Of a stretch of 64,000 nt of DNA, positions 27,964 to 42,100 are shown piece after piece. The notes under the pieces were generated by a model, which had not been told where the DNA came from, did not search any database, and saw nothing but the letters and a program-made list of their open reading frames with translations. Source of the DNA: Macrostomum lignano. Lineage: Eukaryota. The stretch spans positions 62,001-126,000 of the forward strand of contig NIVC01000291.1 of NCBI GenBank assembly GCA_002269645.1, in the 5' to 3' direction. The translations under genes were made by a program, and so were the position numbers. The stretch's first letter is position 1. Each line of letters opens with the position of its first letter.

Positions 27964-29754
27964 GACGGGAGTCCCGTGGGTGCAGGCCGCACAGATTTTA
28001 ATTGAAATTTTGCTCAGATCGCGAATTCCGTGCAGCAATTTAGGGGTAAATGTTTTACACCTTTAAAGTACATGTACAGGCACGCAGGCAGTTGGGCCTC
28101 GAAGGAAAGGTAGATGTAAAGAATTGTATTTTAGAGCCAGTTTTGCCGGCTTGCACGCGTGCGAATTGCAGAGTAGATAACGGGGGGGGGGCTAATTTCT
28201 TCCACTATGCGCGCTGCGGGGTTGGCGCGTGCGGCCCTCACCCTTGGCCAGCTCGTCGCTCAGCGGCCAGGCCAATTGGAGACCGGGGCGGCGACAGCTT
28301 GGCAGGCTGGCTCTGAAGGAGGTACTGCACAGTCAGGCAGCAGCTGCCGTGCCTGTCCCTGCCGCTCTACAAAGCCAGCCAGCGGCAGGGGCTGTGCAGA
28401 AAATCGCGCGGAAGGGTTGGTGCGGCTCACAATGCCGGCCCGAGGGCGCGTGCTTACAGCTCTTGGAACGAACAGCGCGTCCAATGCAAATTTATTAATA
28501 GAATAATAGGGACGCAGCTCTGAGTGCGCAGGCAGTGGGAGAGAGCACTGTCCCATTGAGACCCGAACAATCACTTGCGTGGGTCTTGCAGGGGACTTTT
28601 TATGCGGCTATTTGGGGAGCCTGGGAGAGTAAGGGACGCTTAGGAATCAAGAAGTCAATCTCGGAGTGAGCCTATTCAGTTTCCTATTGTGCGCTCTCTC
28701 TGCACCTCTTCTCTCGTCCATTATTCAGTGCCTCAGTCGCAGGAAGCAGTTCAGAGTCGTATAACTTCCTGGACTGAGCTTTCAGAGTACAATAGCCAAG
28801 GCCATAGCACTGAAGACACGAAAACACTCTCAGAATTCCATACTGAACGATCCGAGGAGCGAGTTTTCGATGAGAAAGTTAATATGATCAGGGCGATTTT
28901 TAGGCTAAAGCTGTTTGAGCTGTCGTTGAAGATTTAAATACCAAAAACTGGAGTCGTCGTAGCGTATTTTCAGACCGTAGTTATTATTTTAAACTCACAA
29001 GTTACAAAAAATGTTACAACAGCTCAAGATGGGCCGCTTTCACAAGCTGGAAGTTTCACATCGTCGAAGTTGGTACACCTTACAAGCGCGAAATTTAACG
29101 CCATCGAAGAGCAAGTTGTGCTGATCACTTTCCTGATCCCAAAACTTCCTGATTCTGAAGCAAGGAAGGCTTATTACGTTCCGAATTTTTGTGCATAAAA
29201 ATCTAAATCTTGTGAATTATTCTGTCTTTCGATATGAAATTTCAAGTTTGTGAAGTGCCCTCAAAATCCATCAGAAGAACTTGATCATGGGCTTGAGAAG
29301 CGCACGTTTTCAGGATTTCAGCCACTTTATAAGATCATGTAGTACGGATACCATCAGCTGGATGCCCTAATAGCACTGTGGCAATATGACCGACTTCGCT
29401 GCAGTATTCAAACAGAACCAAAACCTCACCTCTCTGGTGGTGAGTTATATGAGAGGGTGATATACATGTACAGCGCAAAGTCGGGAGTTCGATCTCGATA
29501 TGGAAATCCTGGGATCCCTTCTAAAATGTAATCCCGATCCCGAAAACTTTGGTCCCGTCCGATCTCAGAGAATGAAGCTATAGCTGGATGTAGATAAAAG
29601 CTTTCATCGAAACTTTATATTACTCGTATTATAGCTCGTGCGTGTAGTATAGGTGATTTTCTTGCATCTACATCTAGTGGGAAGCTAGACTAACTGACTC
29701 ACTTGGTAGGGGACAAAATCTGAACAATCTGTCGAAAAAATTAACCTTCTACAT

Positions 29755-29949
29755 GCAACTTCGGCAAGCAAAGTTCGATCGGTAAGCAAAGCTCGGCAAG
29801 CAAACTTCGGCAGGCGAAATTCCGCAAGCAAAGTTCGGCAAGCAGACTTCGGCAAGCAAAATCTGCAAGCAAAGTTCGGCAAGCAGACTTCGGCAAGCAG
29901 CTAGACTTCGGCAAGCAAATTTCCGCAAGCAAATTTTATATATAGACCC
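29755..29949. repeat. 14-bp-based CGGCAAGCAAAGTT array ending in a MULE-like terminus (TAGACCC)
   Basis: The array architecture and ...TAGACCC end parallel the right arm of the 21674-23172 element. I found no partner end. Confidence 0.6.
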
Positions 29950-31522
29950 GTATTATTGCATTTGTAAACTGTAAAAAGCTAATGCCAATGGCAATTTTGT
30001 TTATTAAGTTGTTTAATTCTTTTCTAATGGCAATATATTTTAGCCTGTTTTTAGCTATTAGACTGTTTTTCGGTGCCCCAGTTATGATGCCTAAGAATAA
30101 AGTATAATCTTATAACAATAAGAATAGTGAATGTTCTACAAATCTTTGCATTTTCCTAATGAAAGAAGTATTCATTTTGTTAAACTGGCATGTTTCTTTA
30201 ATTTGTTAAAATCAAAACTAAAATCTGTGTTATTTAATTGCATTTGCTGTACATCCATATTTTTAAACAAGGCTGCACTTTGAATGCGTGCTAAAAGACT
30301 TAGTTGTAACGATGATACCTACGAACGATGCTGCTTGTAGTGTTGATCAAAATCATGAAATGCTACAAATCTCCTTAGTATTTATTTCTTGAGTATCATG
30401 CGATCATGATTCATCTGTGATCGATCATGATTCATCTGTTTTGATTTCTCGAAAAATCGGGACAATTATAGAAATTAGTAGTAGTAGTAGTAGTAGTAAG
30501 TTGGCTCAGGCAAGAAGGCTCCTGTTAGGCCATATAAAGGAATTTAAATGAAACGAGACTTTTTCAAAAAAATGAAAAAAGTAGGTTAGCTTAACAAAAT
30601 AAACAAATACCTTAGTTATTTAAAGTAAAGACGTACTGCAAAGCACTTATTGTTAAGTTAGGACTTATTTTTTATATTTTTTCTAATCCTAATTTATAAT
30701 TTAAGCACTGAAAAGCAAACTGGGCACCGAAATGCCCTGCACCGAAAAGCCAAGGACGACTTAAGTACTTAAGTACTTAAGTCGTCCTTGGTGAATACCT
30801 TCACTGATTAGCTCAATTTTAAACTTCGAAAAAATATATATTAGAAAATTGTCTTATTAGACCTAGTCTGAAGGGCATATCAAAAACAGATTGGGTAGGG
30901 CCTATACTATATCAAAGTATTCAATCAAAGTTAAGAATTTATGAGGGCCTAATAACTTAAGTGATCATGCAAATAATGGGTAGGCCCCCCGGTCTTCATA
31001 CTTAGAACATTTAAAGCACCACTATAGTCTATAGAGACCTAGCCATATAGAGACCACTATAAATTAATTAGAAATTTAGACATTTGTTTTTTATTTCCTA
31101 TCTTGATGTATATATCGATTAAATAAACTAGTATATTAAGTTGAATGTCAGTTTTAAAATCATTTGTGATTTGAAAGATTATATTAGGTTTGTTCATTGT
31201 TAGGCCTAGCTAATAATGTTAGCTAATAGATTGAATAATCTTAAATTGGAGAAAATGCTTGTGCTCAGAGGCTAAGAATTTTCTTGTCAGCAAATGCTCT
31301 TTTTATTCATATGGATTATGGATTAAGGATTTTTTTATTCATATCCTTAGGCTTAGGTTTAAGCTTAAGGATTTTCTGATCAATCTTAAAATCTTTAAGC
31401 TTTAAGAGTTTCCTCCATGACCAAAGAAAATCCTTAGCCACTTTAAACTATAAACAAGATGTGTTCCCACTTGACTATTCTATTGACCTAATGACCTTTG
31501 CATGCTTCTGAAGCTTATATAT

Positions 31523-33738
31523 CATACATGCGCAACTGCTGGCCGATCTGGCCACCGTAAATCGTGGCTGACCAAGGGTAAGTCGCAAAATTGAGTCAAC
31601 CAAAAACAGAAAAACACAAGAACCAAGAAAGGCAAGAGGAAAGCGAAAGAAAGAGCAGTTCAGGGAAAATCGTGAAGCAAAAGAAAAACAATTCGCAAAA
31701 GAAGCAAACTAAGTTGTAAAAATAATCAGGTACTAGTAAGTCACAACAGGAATCAGGTAAGTCGCAAAAGAAGCAAACTATGTTGCAAAAAGGATCAGGT
31801 AAGTCGCAAAAGGGTTAGGTAAGTCGCAAAAAGGATTAGGTAAGTCCCAAAAAGGATTAGGTAAGTCCCAAAAAAGATTAGGTAAGTCACAAAAAGGATT
31901 AGGTAAGTCGCAAAAAGAATCAGGTAAGTCGCAAAAGGATCAGCTAAGTCGCAAAAGGATTAGGTAACTCGCAAAAAGGATTAGGTAAGTCGCAAAAAGG
32001 ATTAAGTAAGTTGCAAAAAGGATTAGGTAAGTTGCAAAAGGGTTAGGTAAGTCGCAAAAGGATTAGGTAAGTCGCAAAAGGATTAGGTAAGTCGCAAAAA
32101 GGATTAGGTAAGTCGCAAAAGGGTTAGGTAAGTCGCAAAAAGGATTAGATAAGTCGCAAAAGGGTTAGGTAAGTCGCAAAAGGATTAGGTAAGTTGCAAA
32201 AGGATTAGGTAAGTCGCAAAAAGGATTAGGTAAGTCGCAAAAAGAAGCAACTAAGTCGCAATAAGAGGGAAGTAAGTCACAATCAGAGGCAATCAGGGGG
32301 TAGTAGGTGCAAGTGTGGCAGGAGAGCAAAAACAGAATAGAAGCCTTCAACAACAGACAAGATCTTTGAAATCAGAAGCCCGCGTCAACAGTTTCCCATT
32401 GATTTCTTAAACTCTGGAGCAGGGGTCGGCAAACTCCGGCTCGCGAAGCCCCTCTATCTGGCCCTCGCCCCTCGGGTTCTTTGAAACTTCCTAACTACGA
32501 GTAGCAAGGTTGGTGTCTCTTCAACTCTCATCTCTCTCTTCTTCTCTACCTTGCCTCCCCTCTTCTCTCTCTCCCCCTTTTCCCTCTTCTCTCTCCTCTC
32601 ATTTTTACTCTCCTCTCTTCTCCCCCTTTCTCTCTACCCTTTCTCCTCAATGCCCTCTTCTCTCCTCTTATCTTCAGCAAAAATATGTGCATATTTTCTT
32701 ACTTCAAAGTAGAGGGAATAGAAGATTAGAGATAAGCAAACAGAGGAGAGGCAAGCGATGCGATGGGAGAAAAGATAGAAAAGGAGAGAAAAGCTGAGGG
32801 AGGAAAAAGAGATGAGAGAGAAGAGGAGATGAGAGGAAAGAGGAAAGAAAAGATGATGGATGAGATCAGAAGAGAGGAAAGAGGAAAGAGGAGAGAGTAG
32901 ATGAGAGAAGAGAGGATAAAGAAGAGATGAGAGGAGAGTGAAGAGAGGAGAGATGAGAGAGTAGAAAAGAGAGGAGAGATAAGATGAGAGAGTAGAGTGG
33001 AATGGAGAGAGACGAGAGGAGAGATAAGAATGTAGAGAGGAGACAGAAGAGATAGGAGAGGAGAGGAAAGAGAGGAGAGAGGAGAGGAAAGAGAGAAGGG
33101 ATAAGGGATGAGAGAGAAAAGAAAAAGAGGATGAGAAGATTGAGGAATGGAGAGAATTTGCAAAGGCCTCAAATCTTAGTTTAACATGCATTACTCCCAT
33201 CTTTGCCTTTTTCCTAACTGTTAACAAGTTTTTGTTTGAGCATGACTTCAAATTTAGAATCTATGCAAAAATAGTTCCGGGAATTAGAATTCAGTGGTTT
33301 AAAAATCTGTGGGTTTTCACAGCTTGTATCTCTACTGGATTCGTATTCTGCATCTGATGAGCCATCTGAATCAGGGCTCTCATCTTCCATGCCAAATCGT
33401 CTAGCAAATCGTTCTTGAGCTATAGGTCACACTGTATTCACTTCACTTACTTCTGGACATTCATGAATCATGACTTTTGTAGTATGCTCACTACACTGTA
33501 CTGACAATTTACTAATTGCTTCATGCCGCCACTAGATGACACTGATTAGCTGTTATAAAAATGCAGAATCTGCACGCAGCACTAATTAGCTGGCGAGGCA
33601 TTTAGCTTTAAAAATATGGTCATAGTTACTCCTGCCATTTACCTAAAGTTTTTGCTTGGCTCTTTCATAGGTAAGTCGCATTTTTTATCGAAAACTAAGT
33701 CGCACGGCCAGCGTAATTTCAGAAGTTGCGCATGTATG
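31523..33738. mobile_element. Non-autonomous hAT element, 2216 bp
   Basis: 15-bp TIR CATACATGCGCAACT...AGTTGCGCATGTATG and 8-bp TSD TTATATAT at 31515-31522 and 33739-33746. It contains an AGGTAAGTCGCAAAAAGGATT array and CT/GA low-complexity DNA, with no transposase ORF. Confidence 0.88.
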
Positions 33739-36167
33739 TTATATATCAAAAGACATCTTGCAAGAAGGGAAACAAAGAAAAAGAAAACAAGAAAAATAGA
33801 AACACAGATATTGAAGACAAAAACTTTATAGAAGTTGTCACAATAGCTTATACCAATTTGTTAGATAAAGCAAAAACATAGTAATTAAGTAAAAAAATGC
33901 TACCTTTTTATGCATTTAATAAGATTTAGATTCTAGAATAAAAAGGTATCTTGACAAGCAAGAAGATCAATAAGAAGTTTCTAAGCCTCTGCCTAACATA
34001 AAAACTTGATTAAAGATAAAAGCTTATCTGTCTGTTATGACTTTTAGTATTGACTATTGTATTGTATTGGCTCTAGGGCAGCCTCATTTTTTCTTGAGCA
34101 AATGCTTTGCAATTTAGTTTATGATCCAGTTTTTTTCATATTTATAAAAGTAAATGCTTAGACAGTCTTTGGAGTCTAAATTTGTGCCTGGCATAAATTT
34201 GATTGTCACAGGCATGAGTGTGCAAATTCTAAAGACATAGTCTAAATTTCCAATTCCTTGTCCATCAGGGGTGTGAATTTGGAAGTACAAATGTACAATT
34301 TCCTCTTTTGCCTATACATATAATGTTTTGTTGCCTGGTTCTACCTGACTATAATATCTCTGTTGCACTCTATAGTGGATCCCAAATCTTTATATTGATG
34401 GTATTTCTTAGTTTCTTAATCATGTTCTACAAGCCAATTGTAGCCAAATTTGCATTGATGTTTGCAAATTAAACTATTTTGTTGGAAGTATATATATTGG
34501 ATATATACCTAGGCAGTAGCAAATTCAGGAAATGGGCTTTGTTGGCTGAAGCCCCCTATTCACCCCAGAAAAGCTGTTTTTGTAGGCGCACAAACCCCTA
34601 AAAACATAAGGTCATTAAAAATGTCTATTTAAAAAAGTCATTTAGCATGTGGACTTTTCAAGTTAAGGTACTGGTTCTGCCACTGCATCTATCCTAGGTT
34701 TTATAGTAGAGAACTCATAGATGCAAAAATTTATACAAGGTGCTAAGGTGGGGGCGGAGAAAATAAATATTCTGGGGGGCGTTTGGGTAGTTTCTAGAAC
34801 TTTGAATTCTCACCTTCGTTAACTCGGCACTCATAAAGCTAGAAAGTTGCACAGATTTGTTCAAGTTGCTTTTCTCCTTTGATACTCTATCTGCTGGGAA
34901 CTGTTTACTATCAGTAGTAGAGTAGCACTGCTACTATTATAATATCGTATTATGGAATGTTGAGATCTCAGAGCTCATTCGGAGTTGAGATTAATTCAGT
35001 TGTTTTATGCCCCATTGGCAAATAACTCAAGATAAACTATTAAGGTCTTCGATTAGTTAAGGAAGATAATTAATGAGCAGGCATTTATTAATATTACTAG
35101 TTCTGACCAACTAAAATATTATTATTTCAAATGAGCGAGACTGCTGGCGATGACAGGGTGCTAAATAGCTGTAGAACTGGGTAACTTAAACTATTTAGCT
35201 TGCAAACAATGAACTTAGCAAAGAAACTTATTAAATGAAAACAGCAGAGTATACAAAAGAAAACTAGTAAATGAGCACACAAGGATTATTAATAAACAAG
35301 AAGGAAGAAGAGGGATGAGAGATGCATGAGGTGTGGCCTAAACTGGCACTATAAATATTAACAAGACAAAATTTTGCATTGAGTGGGGCAAGGGATGGGG
35401 CAGCAGAAGGAGCTACTGGAAATGCAAAGAAGACAGAAAAACAAAAATTCTTACACCAAACAATGGGGCAAGGGATGGGGCAAAGGATGGGGAAGGGCTG
35501 TTTGCAGGCCACATCAAATTGAGTCATAATCCATCAGCCAAAATCCATGGTAGTTTGCCCTACCACAGCGCGAAAAATTGCATACCCCCTATGCCAAACA
35601 CTGCTTAGACTGAGAATTTCTAAAAATATTGGGCAATAGCTTAGGAGCAAGAACTCTTAGGCAAATGTGCATGAGCTCCTGCTTATTTTATTCATGTAGA
35701 CCAGAATTGATACTAAAGTTTGATCAACTGCTCACTTTATTCATATAGCCTAAGCCTATTGTCTTAGATACAAATGGTGGTCTTAGATAGACAGCTTTGT
35801 TTTTAACTAGACCCCTTAGTGTTCTCTCACACTAGTGTATATGTACATTTGTCTTAGTTTTTTCATTGTCATAAATTTTCTAATCTAGAGTAAGAAAAGA
35901 TTGTATATAATATGCATAGATATTGCCAAAGCAAAAGCAAGATGAACTTGTTTAATTCTTTTTCTACTGTTGGTGTCCTATGTACCCCTTTACTTTTTTG
36001 GTGCTTTAGTCTTTTTTACCATATACTTGCTCTGGCTACCTTGTCACTAGCTAGATCAGCAAAGTTAGCTAATTATTGCATATGTAGGCCTATAACTTTC
36101 ATTCATGATTTTCAGTCCATCGGGACTAAACTGATCAGCTGTGGTGCTGCATCAACAGACTCAGGCC

Positions 36168-39100
36168 ATGTCAAGCAGCGCTGAGCAAGAGAAGCAGCAG
36201 CTCATTGCCAGCATTCGCCAGCAGCTCCTGGCGCAGAGTAGCGAGGCCAGTGCAACTTTTATTGGGGAATTTTTCGCCAATCAGCGCAGCGCTTCGGGCT
36301 GGCGTCAGGCGCTGGCTGAGCTGTTCGCCAATGCTGACGAGGCGGCTGTCAGCGATCGACACTCGCTGCCGACTCTGCAGCTGCGGCTCAGCGAGGCTGC
36401 CGACTGCCTGGTGGTCGCCTGCGCCGAGGCTGCCGGGTTCACGTCGGCTGATGTGCGGGCCGTCTGCGCTCTGGGCAGCTCTGGGAAACCGCCTGTCTGC
36501 GGACTCTGGAGAGGCTTCGGCTTCAGGTGAGGCTGGAATGCTAGCTTAGGTGAGGCTGGAATGGTAGCTCAGGTGAGGCTGGAATGCTAGCTTAGGTGAG
36601 GCTGGAATGCTAGCTCAGGTGAGGCTGGGATGCTAGCTTAGGTGAGGCTGGAATGGTAGCTTAGGTGAGGCTGGGATGCTAGCTTAGGTGAGGCTGGAAT
36701 GGTAGCTTAGGTGAGGCTGGAATGTTAGCTCAAGTGAGGCTGGAATGCTAGCTCAGGTGAGGCTGGAATGCCAGCTCAGGTGAGGCTGGAATGCTAGCTC
36801 AGGTGAGGCTGGAATGCTAGCTCAGGTGTGGCTGGAATGTGATAACTTTGTTAAGCGAGGCAGAAGTGTGGAATTGCAGGAGTGAGTAAAAGGTGCTCGC
36901 TTGAGAGCTAGGCTGTTCACATTTATTATTTAGCACTGAGGTGGTGGGTGCAGACAGATTCAAACGCGCGCATGGGGTGGGGTGGAATAAAATACAATCT
37001 CTAAGCCAATCAATAACAACTCCACTGCTAGTGAGTCAACACTACAGTGCATGCAACCTATAGCAAAGTTCATCGTGTCACTATGTCACAGGAATGCTAG
37101 CTCAGGTGAGGCTGGAATGCTAGCTCAGTTGTGGCTGGAATGCTAGCTCAGGTGAGGCTGGAATGCTAGCTCAGGTGAGGCTGGAATGCCAGCTCAGGTG
37201 AGGCTGGAATGCTAGCTCAGGTGAGGCTGGAATGCCAGCTCAGGTGAGGCTGGGATCAGTGATAAAGCTCAATGATAGCTCAGGTGAAGCTTAGGTGAGT
37301 CTGGTGTCAGCGATGAGGCAGATAATCACCCTCACCCGCCTAGGTCAGTGCTGGAGGCGTCGCACTGCCCCGAGATTCACTCAAGCGGGTTTCACTTTGG
37401 GTTTGAGTTGGACAGCCAGCAGCCGCTGTCCTGCCTGCTGCCCGTCTGGCTGGGCGTCTCCAGCCGATGGGGCCGACAGATCGGTGACTTGGACGACTGC
37501 GGCGTCATCATAGTTCTGCCGTTGCGTCCGGAGGTGAGAGGGGGGACTGAGACTGCCACTTTTAATGCGTGTCCCGTTACCTTTAATTATTTTGTGCCGA
37601 AGAATTCGACTCCTAAGGGCTACAGACTTTCCGTAAAAACTCACCGTTTAATGGTGTGAGCGTTTCATTAAGCTAATTATTAGCTAGAGATATATCGCAG
37701 TCAATTTTGCTATTTATTTAGGTAAAGTAGATAAATAATCGCAGGAGGGCTGTGAGCACCCTGGCGTAACGCCTTTGGCGACATTGTCCCACAACCAGCA
37801 GTGAGGCAATTCTTGATGCTGCCAATACAAGCGTGCGGATGCTGCACACAGACAGGCGCTCACACTGGAAGCCTTGGGGTTGTTAGCCCTTACAGGCGCG
37901 ATATACGCGCGCATGCCAAAAGTCCCCCGGGTCTCCCCCAGAACGGGATTCGAACCCAAGGACTTTAGCGAATTGAAGATATGCGGGACAAACTGCCAAT
38001 AACGTTTGTGCTCCTGCTATTGAACAGCTAAAGTGTTGAACACCTGCTTGTTCACGCAGGTGCAGTCCGCCCTGCTGCACTCCGGCGGCCTCGCCTCCGC
38101 GGTAGACCCGCGTTGGTTGCTATGCGCCTCCCGTCTCCGCCGCCTGGTTGTCAAGGACGCCGCCGCCGGTGTCTATCAGTCGTACGAGCTCCGGTTGCTA
38201 AGCAACGGTTGTGAGGCCGTCATCGATCGGCGGACGCGTGATTTTTGTGACGTCGAATTGAAGCCGACCGGCAGCGAGCGCTGGGTTTTCTTTGACGGCG
38301 GCGCCGGCGACCTGCAGCTGGCGGTGCCGGCTGAACCGGAGGTGGTGGCCGCTGCGGACGGCGGCTTCTTTGTCGCCCCGTCGGCTGGGCTGCCGCTGCT
38401 GCGGGGCTGCGGCCTGCGGTTCCTGGCCTGCTCGCCCGCCGGCCTGCTGCGCGTGGACTCCGCCAGGTGAGCCGCTTGAGCTTGTATCAGAGCTCGGATG
38501 AGACGATGCCCGTTGAAAACGATACCGTGACAAGAATATAGTAACCCTTATAGAGTTGTAGAATCGTAAAAAGGGTGGCGAGAGTCGTCCTAACAATCGT
38601 CTTTTTTAACTTTCTACTAACTCAGTAGGCTAGTTAGAGTGCTTCAAACACAACTCTGACTCTAAAACGACTCTAGCATGCCTCAAATCTCTACGGCCCC
38701 AGAGTCGTTATACCGATTTCACAGATTACTACAATAAGCAATCGGATTGCCTGGCATCCAAGTCTACAAGTCTCGTATATTCGGATCTCACAACTTAATA
38801 CATGTGAACTTGTAACCTAGGAAATGCTTGTTTATTAGTGAGATTCCAGCTCGCGATAGTCCAAGCTTCTGAAAGCCAGATATCTGAGCTGATGCAAACT
38901 TTCCACAATCTGCATGATGAAATGGCGCCAGCTCCACCACAATGCCCCCCCCCCAACTCGCAGGCAGCAGCTGCTGGCCGCGTCGGTCAGCCAAGAGAAC
39001 GCCGACCTGCTCACCGACCGGCTGCCGCGCCTGTTCGCCGGCCACGTCGCCGCCTGGTCGTTCGATGACCCGGACGCCTCCGCCCAGCTGGCCGCCTACA

Positions 39101-42100
39101 TCGCCGCCATCCCCCTGCGCCGGGAGCTGGCCGAGCCCGGCCTGGCAGCCGCCGTGCACCGCTTGCTGGCCCGCTCCGACTGGTTGCCCTCCGATGCCGG
39201 CCCGCCTGCCGGCCTCCACCCGCCCGCCCGCTTGCTCTTCGACGTGCCCGACGCCGTCCGCGCGGCCGCGTCCACCGGGCTGCGCCGCCACTTCCTGCCG
39301 GCTTGTCTCGAACGCAGCCCAGGCGGGTTCTCCGGCCAGCGGGGCCGCGAGCTCGCGACCTGTCTCGGACTGCGCCAATTCCGACTGCAACTCTTGGCCG
39401 AGCCGCTGCTAGCCGATCTGCAGAATCGAGCTCCGGACCTCACCGCGGCGGATTTCGGCCTGCTCGGCCACCTCATTAACGAGCTGTGCTGCGAGTCCCG
39501 GCCAGCTGATGAGGCGGCGGACCCGGTAGAGCTGCTCTGTGGCCTGCCCTGCCTGCCCTGCCGTTGCCTTGGCGACCCGGACCAGCCGCTGCGCCTCCTT
39601 CAGCCCGACAGCGGCGCGGCCCTCTTGCTGCCCGCGGCCAGCGAGCTGCCCTGCATGCGGCGGGCATTAGCGGCGCTTGAGTCGCATTTCCTGGCCCGGA
39701 TATTCGTGCTCTGTCCGAAGTTTCTGGCCGCCCAATCCGGCCAGGCCGGTCACCGGCTGCGTCGCTGCCTGGTGGAGCAGCTGGGCGTGCTGGACAGCCG
39801 GGCTCTGCCCGAGTTCCTCACCAACAGCCTCATCCTACCTGTCCTGCAGGCCCTGGCCGGCTCATCTTGCTCAGAGGCATCTGGCTGCCAGCTCGCCCTG
39901 CTCACCAGCTGTCTCATGGAGGCCGCGTCTTCTGCTGGCCGGAGCCTCGCCAGCCGAGTCCCCCTGCTGACTGCGGACTCGCGAGCGCTGCTGCCCGCCG
40001 GCCGGCACCGCCTATTTTTTCCAGACTCGTTTGGCGCCTCGCCCCGGCTCTGCCTGCTGCTGGATGGAGGAGCCGCCAGCCCGCCGCCCGAGCTCGCCGA
40101 CTGGCTGCCGCTGCACCCGACCGCCTACCTGCAGGCTGCATCCGCGCCCGTCTCCGCCTGGCGCGAATTCTTTGCCAACAGCCTCGGCGTTGCCGCTGCG
40201 CCGACGTCTCAGGAGCTGCTTCGCCTGCTCGACGACGGCGTCTCTGTTGGGGCGCGTCGAGCCCTGCTGAAATTTCTGGCCGCCGACTGGCAAGCCGTGA
40301 AGGCCGGCTTACCGCAGGCGGAGCTCCCGGCGCTGCTAGCCCGCCTGCGGGAGGCTGCCTGGATTCCCGCCAGCTGCGTCTGCCGCACCGCCGACCCTGG
40401 CAGCCGCGGCGCCTTCCGGCCAGCCGAGGTGTTCGCGCCAAGCCGCCGGGCCCGTCAGCTGCTGGAGGGCACGCCGGCCGCGGTGCTGGAGGATCTCGAC
40501 GGCCTCGGGGAGGACAACGGCGAAGCTTTCTATCGCGACGTTGGCATCGTGACGGACGCGCGCGATCCTGCAGCTCTGCGGCGCCTGCTGACCGGCTGCA
40601 GTGGGCTGCCGTTGGCGCGGCTCAGCAGGGCCGCCTCAGTCAGAATCTACCGCCTCCTGGCTGCCGACTGTCTCAGCGAAGAGAACCTGGGAGATGGCGT
40701 TGAGGCCACGGCAACTCCGATCCTGATGCCGGATGTTGGCCGCAGTCACCTCCAGTGCCGCCGGGCCACCGAGTTGATGTGGTCGGACCTGGTGCCCATG
40801 GAGCTGAAGTCCGCGCCCGGCTGGCCCGCAATGCGAGCCCAGCTGCAGCCCCACCACCTCAGCCTCTGCTACCCGCCTGAACTGCGCGAATTCTTCGTTG
40901 GCGTTTGCGGCGTTCCCGCTGGCCCGCCGCCCCTCAGCCAGCTGGTCGCCGTCCTCCTCCTGGCTGGCGAGCTTCGCAACTCCGACTTAGCCTGGCGCGC
41001 TATCGCCGCCTTTGCTGACGCGCCCGAAGCCGCCAGCATCAACCAGCGGCTGCAGGCGCTCCGGCAGCTGCACAGCGGCGCCTTCCTGCCCTGCGTCGGC
41101 GGCGGCTTCTGTGCACTGCAGGACGCGCCGATTCTTTTGGCGCCAGCGCCAAAGTCGACGCGGAATTCGGGGATCGGGCATGACGACGCGGCGACTGCAG
41201 AGGAGGGCGCCCTGGCCTTAGCGGCCGCGTACCCCGGCCAGCTGCGCCTGGTGGACGCCAGCGAGCGCTGTGCCGGCGCCGCCCGCGCCTTGCAAGATTT
41301 CTTCAAGCTGCCACCGCCTGGCCGCGCCCTTGAGGTGGCGCCTATCGGCACGGCAGCGGCCTTGGCGCCGCCGCAGTGGCTGGTGAAGCAGGCAAACTCG
41401 GAGCTTGAGGCCGCCCTGACCTGGACCGCGGCCTCGCACCCGGTCGTGCATCGCGCTTTGTCGGCCGCTGGCTGCGTCCTGGGCCTGGCCGAGTTGCCCT
41501 GCCTGCAGCTGCGATTCCGTCTGCGCTCGCGGCCCGAGCTGGCCGTGGCCGCTCCAGTGTACGAGGCCCTGGCGGTCCCGGGCGGCGGGCAGCAAGTGCA
41601 GCTCTACCAGGATAACGACGGTCCCGCTGAAGTGGTCGCCTTCGTCAGCTCGTCTGTGCAGAACCTGCGAGACCCTGCAGCGGTCGCTAGCATCTGCCGC
41701 CGTCTCGCGGCCCGAATGCTGGCACGTCTGGCCTCCCAGCGGGTCACCGGCTCCGCAGCGGTGTCCGCCGCTGAGTTGGACGATTTTCGGCGCCAGCTGA
41801 TGCGCGCGAATTGGCCGAAGCTGGTGGCACCCGCGGACGGCTCTGTGGCGCCGTGCCGCGTCAGACTGGCCGCTGTGGGGGAGCGGGCGGAGCTCCGAGA
41901 CACTGTGAGTGTGAGTGTCTGCTGTGAGTGTCTGCTGTGAGACTGAGTGTTTTCTGTTAGACTGAGTGTCTGCTGGGAAACTGAGTGTCTGCTGTGAGAC
42001 TGTGAGTGTCTGCTATGAGACTGAATGTCTGCTTTGAGACTGTGTCTTCTGTGAGACTGAGTGTCTTCTGTGAGACTGAGTGTCTGCTGGGAAACAGTGT

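Noticed and set aside
27786-29949. Possible Pack-MULE (GGGTCT...AGACCC) enclosing IAH1 exon 1
   Set aside because: The TIR match is only about 6 bp, the flanks match only 8/10, and the flank match overlaps the end of another small repeat. This is insufficient.
39096-41903. Antisense and alternative-frame ORFs overlapping the NO VEIN-like exon 4 and the atlastin exons
   Set aside because: They are expected shadows of high-GC coding sequence and carry no independent motifs.
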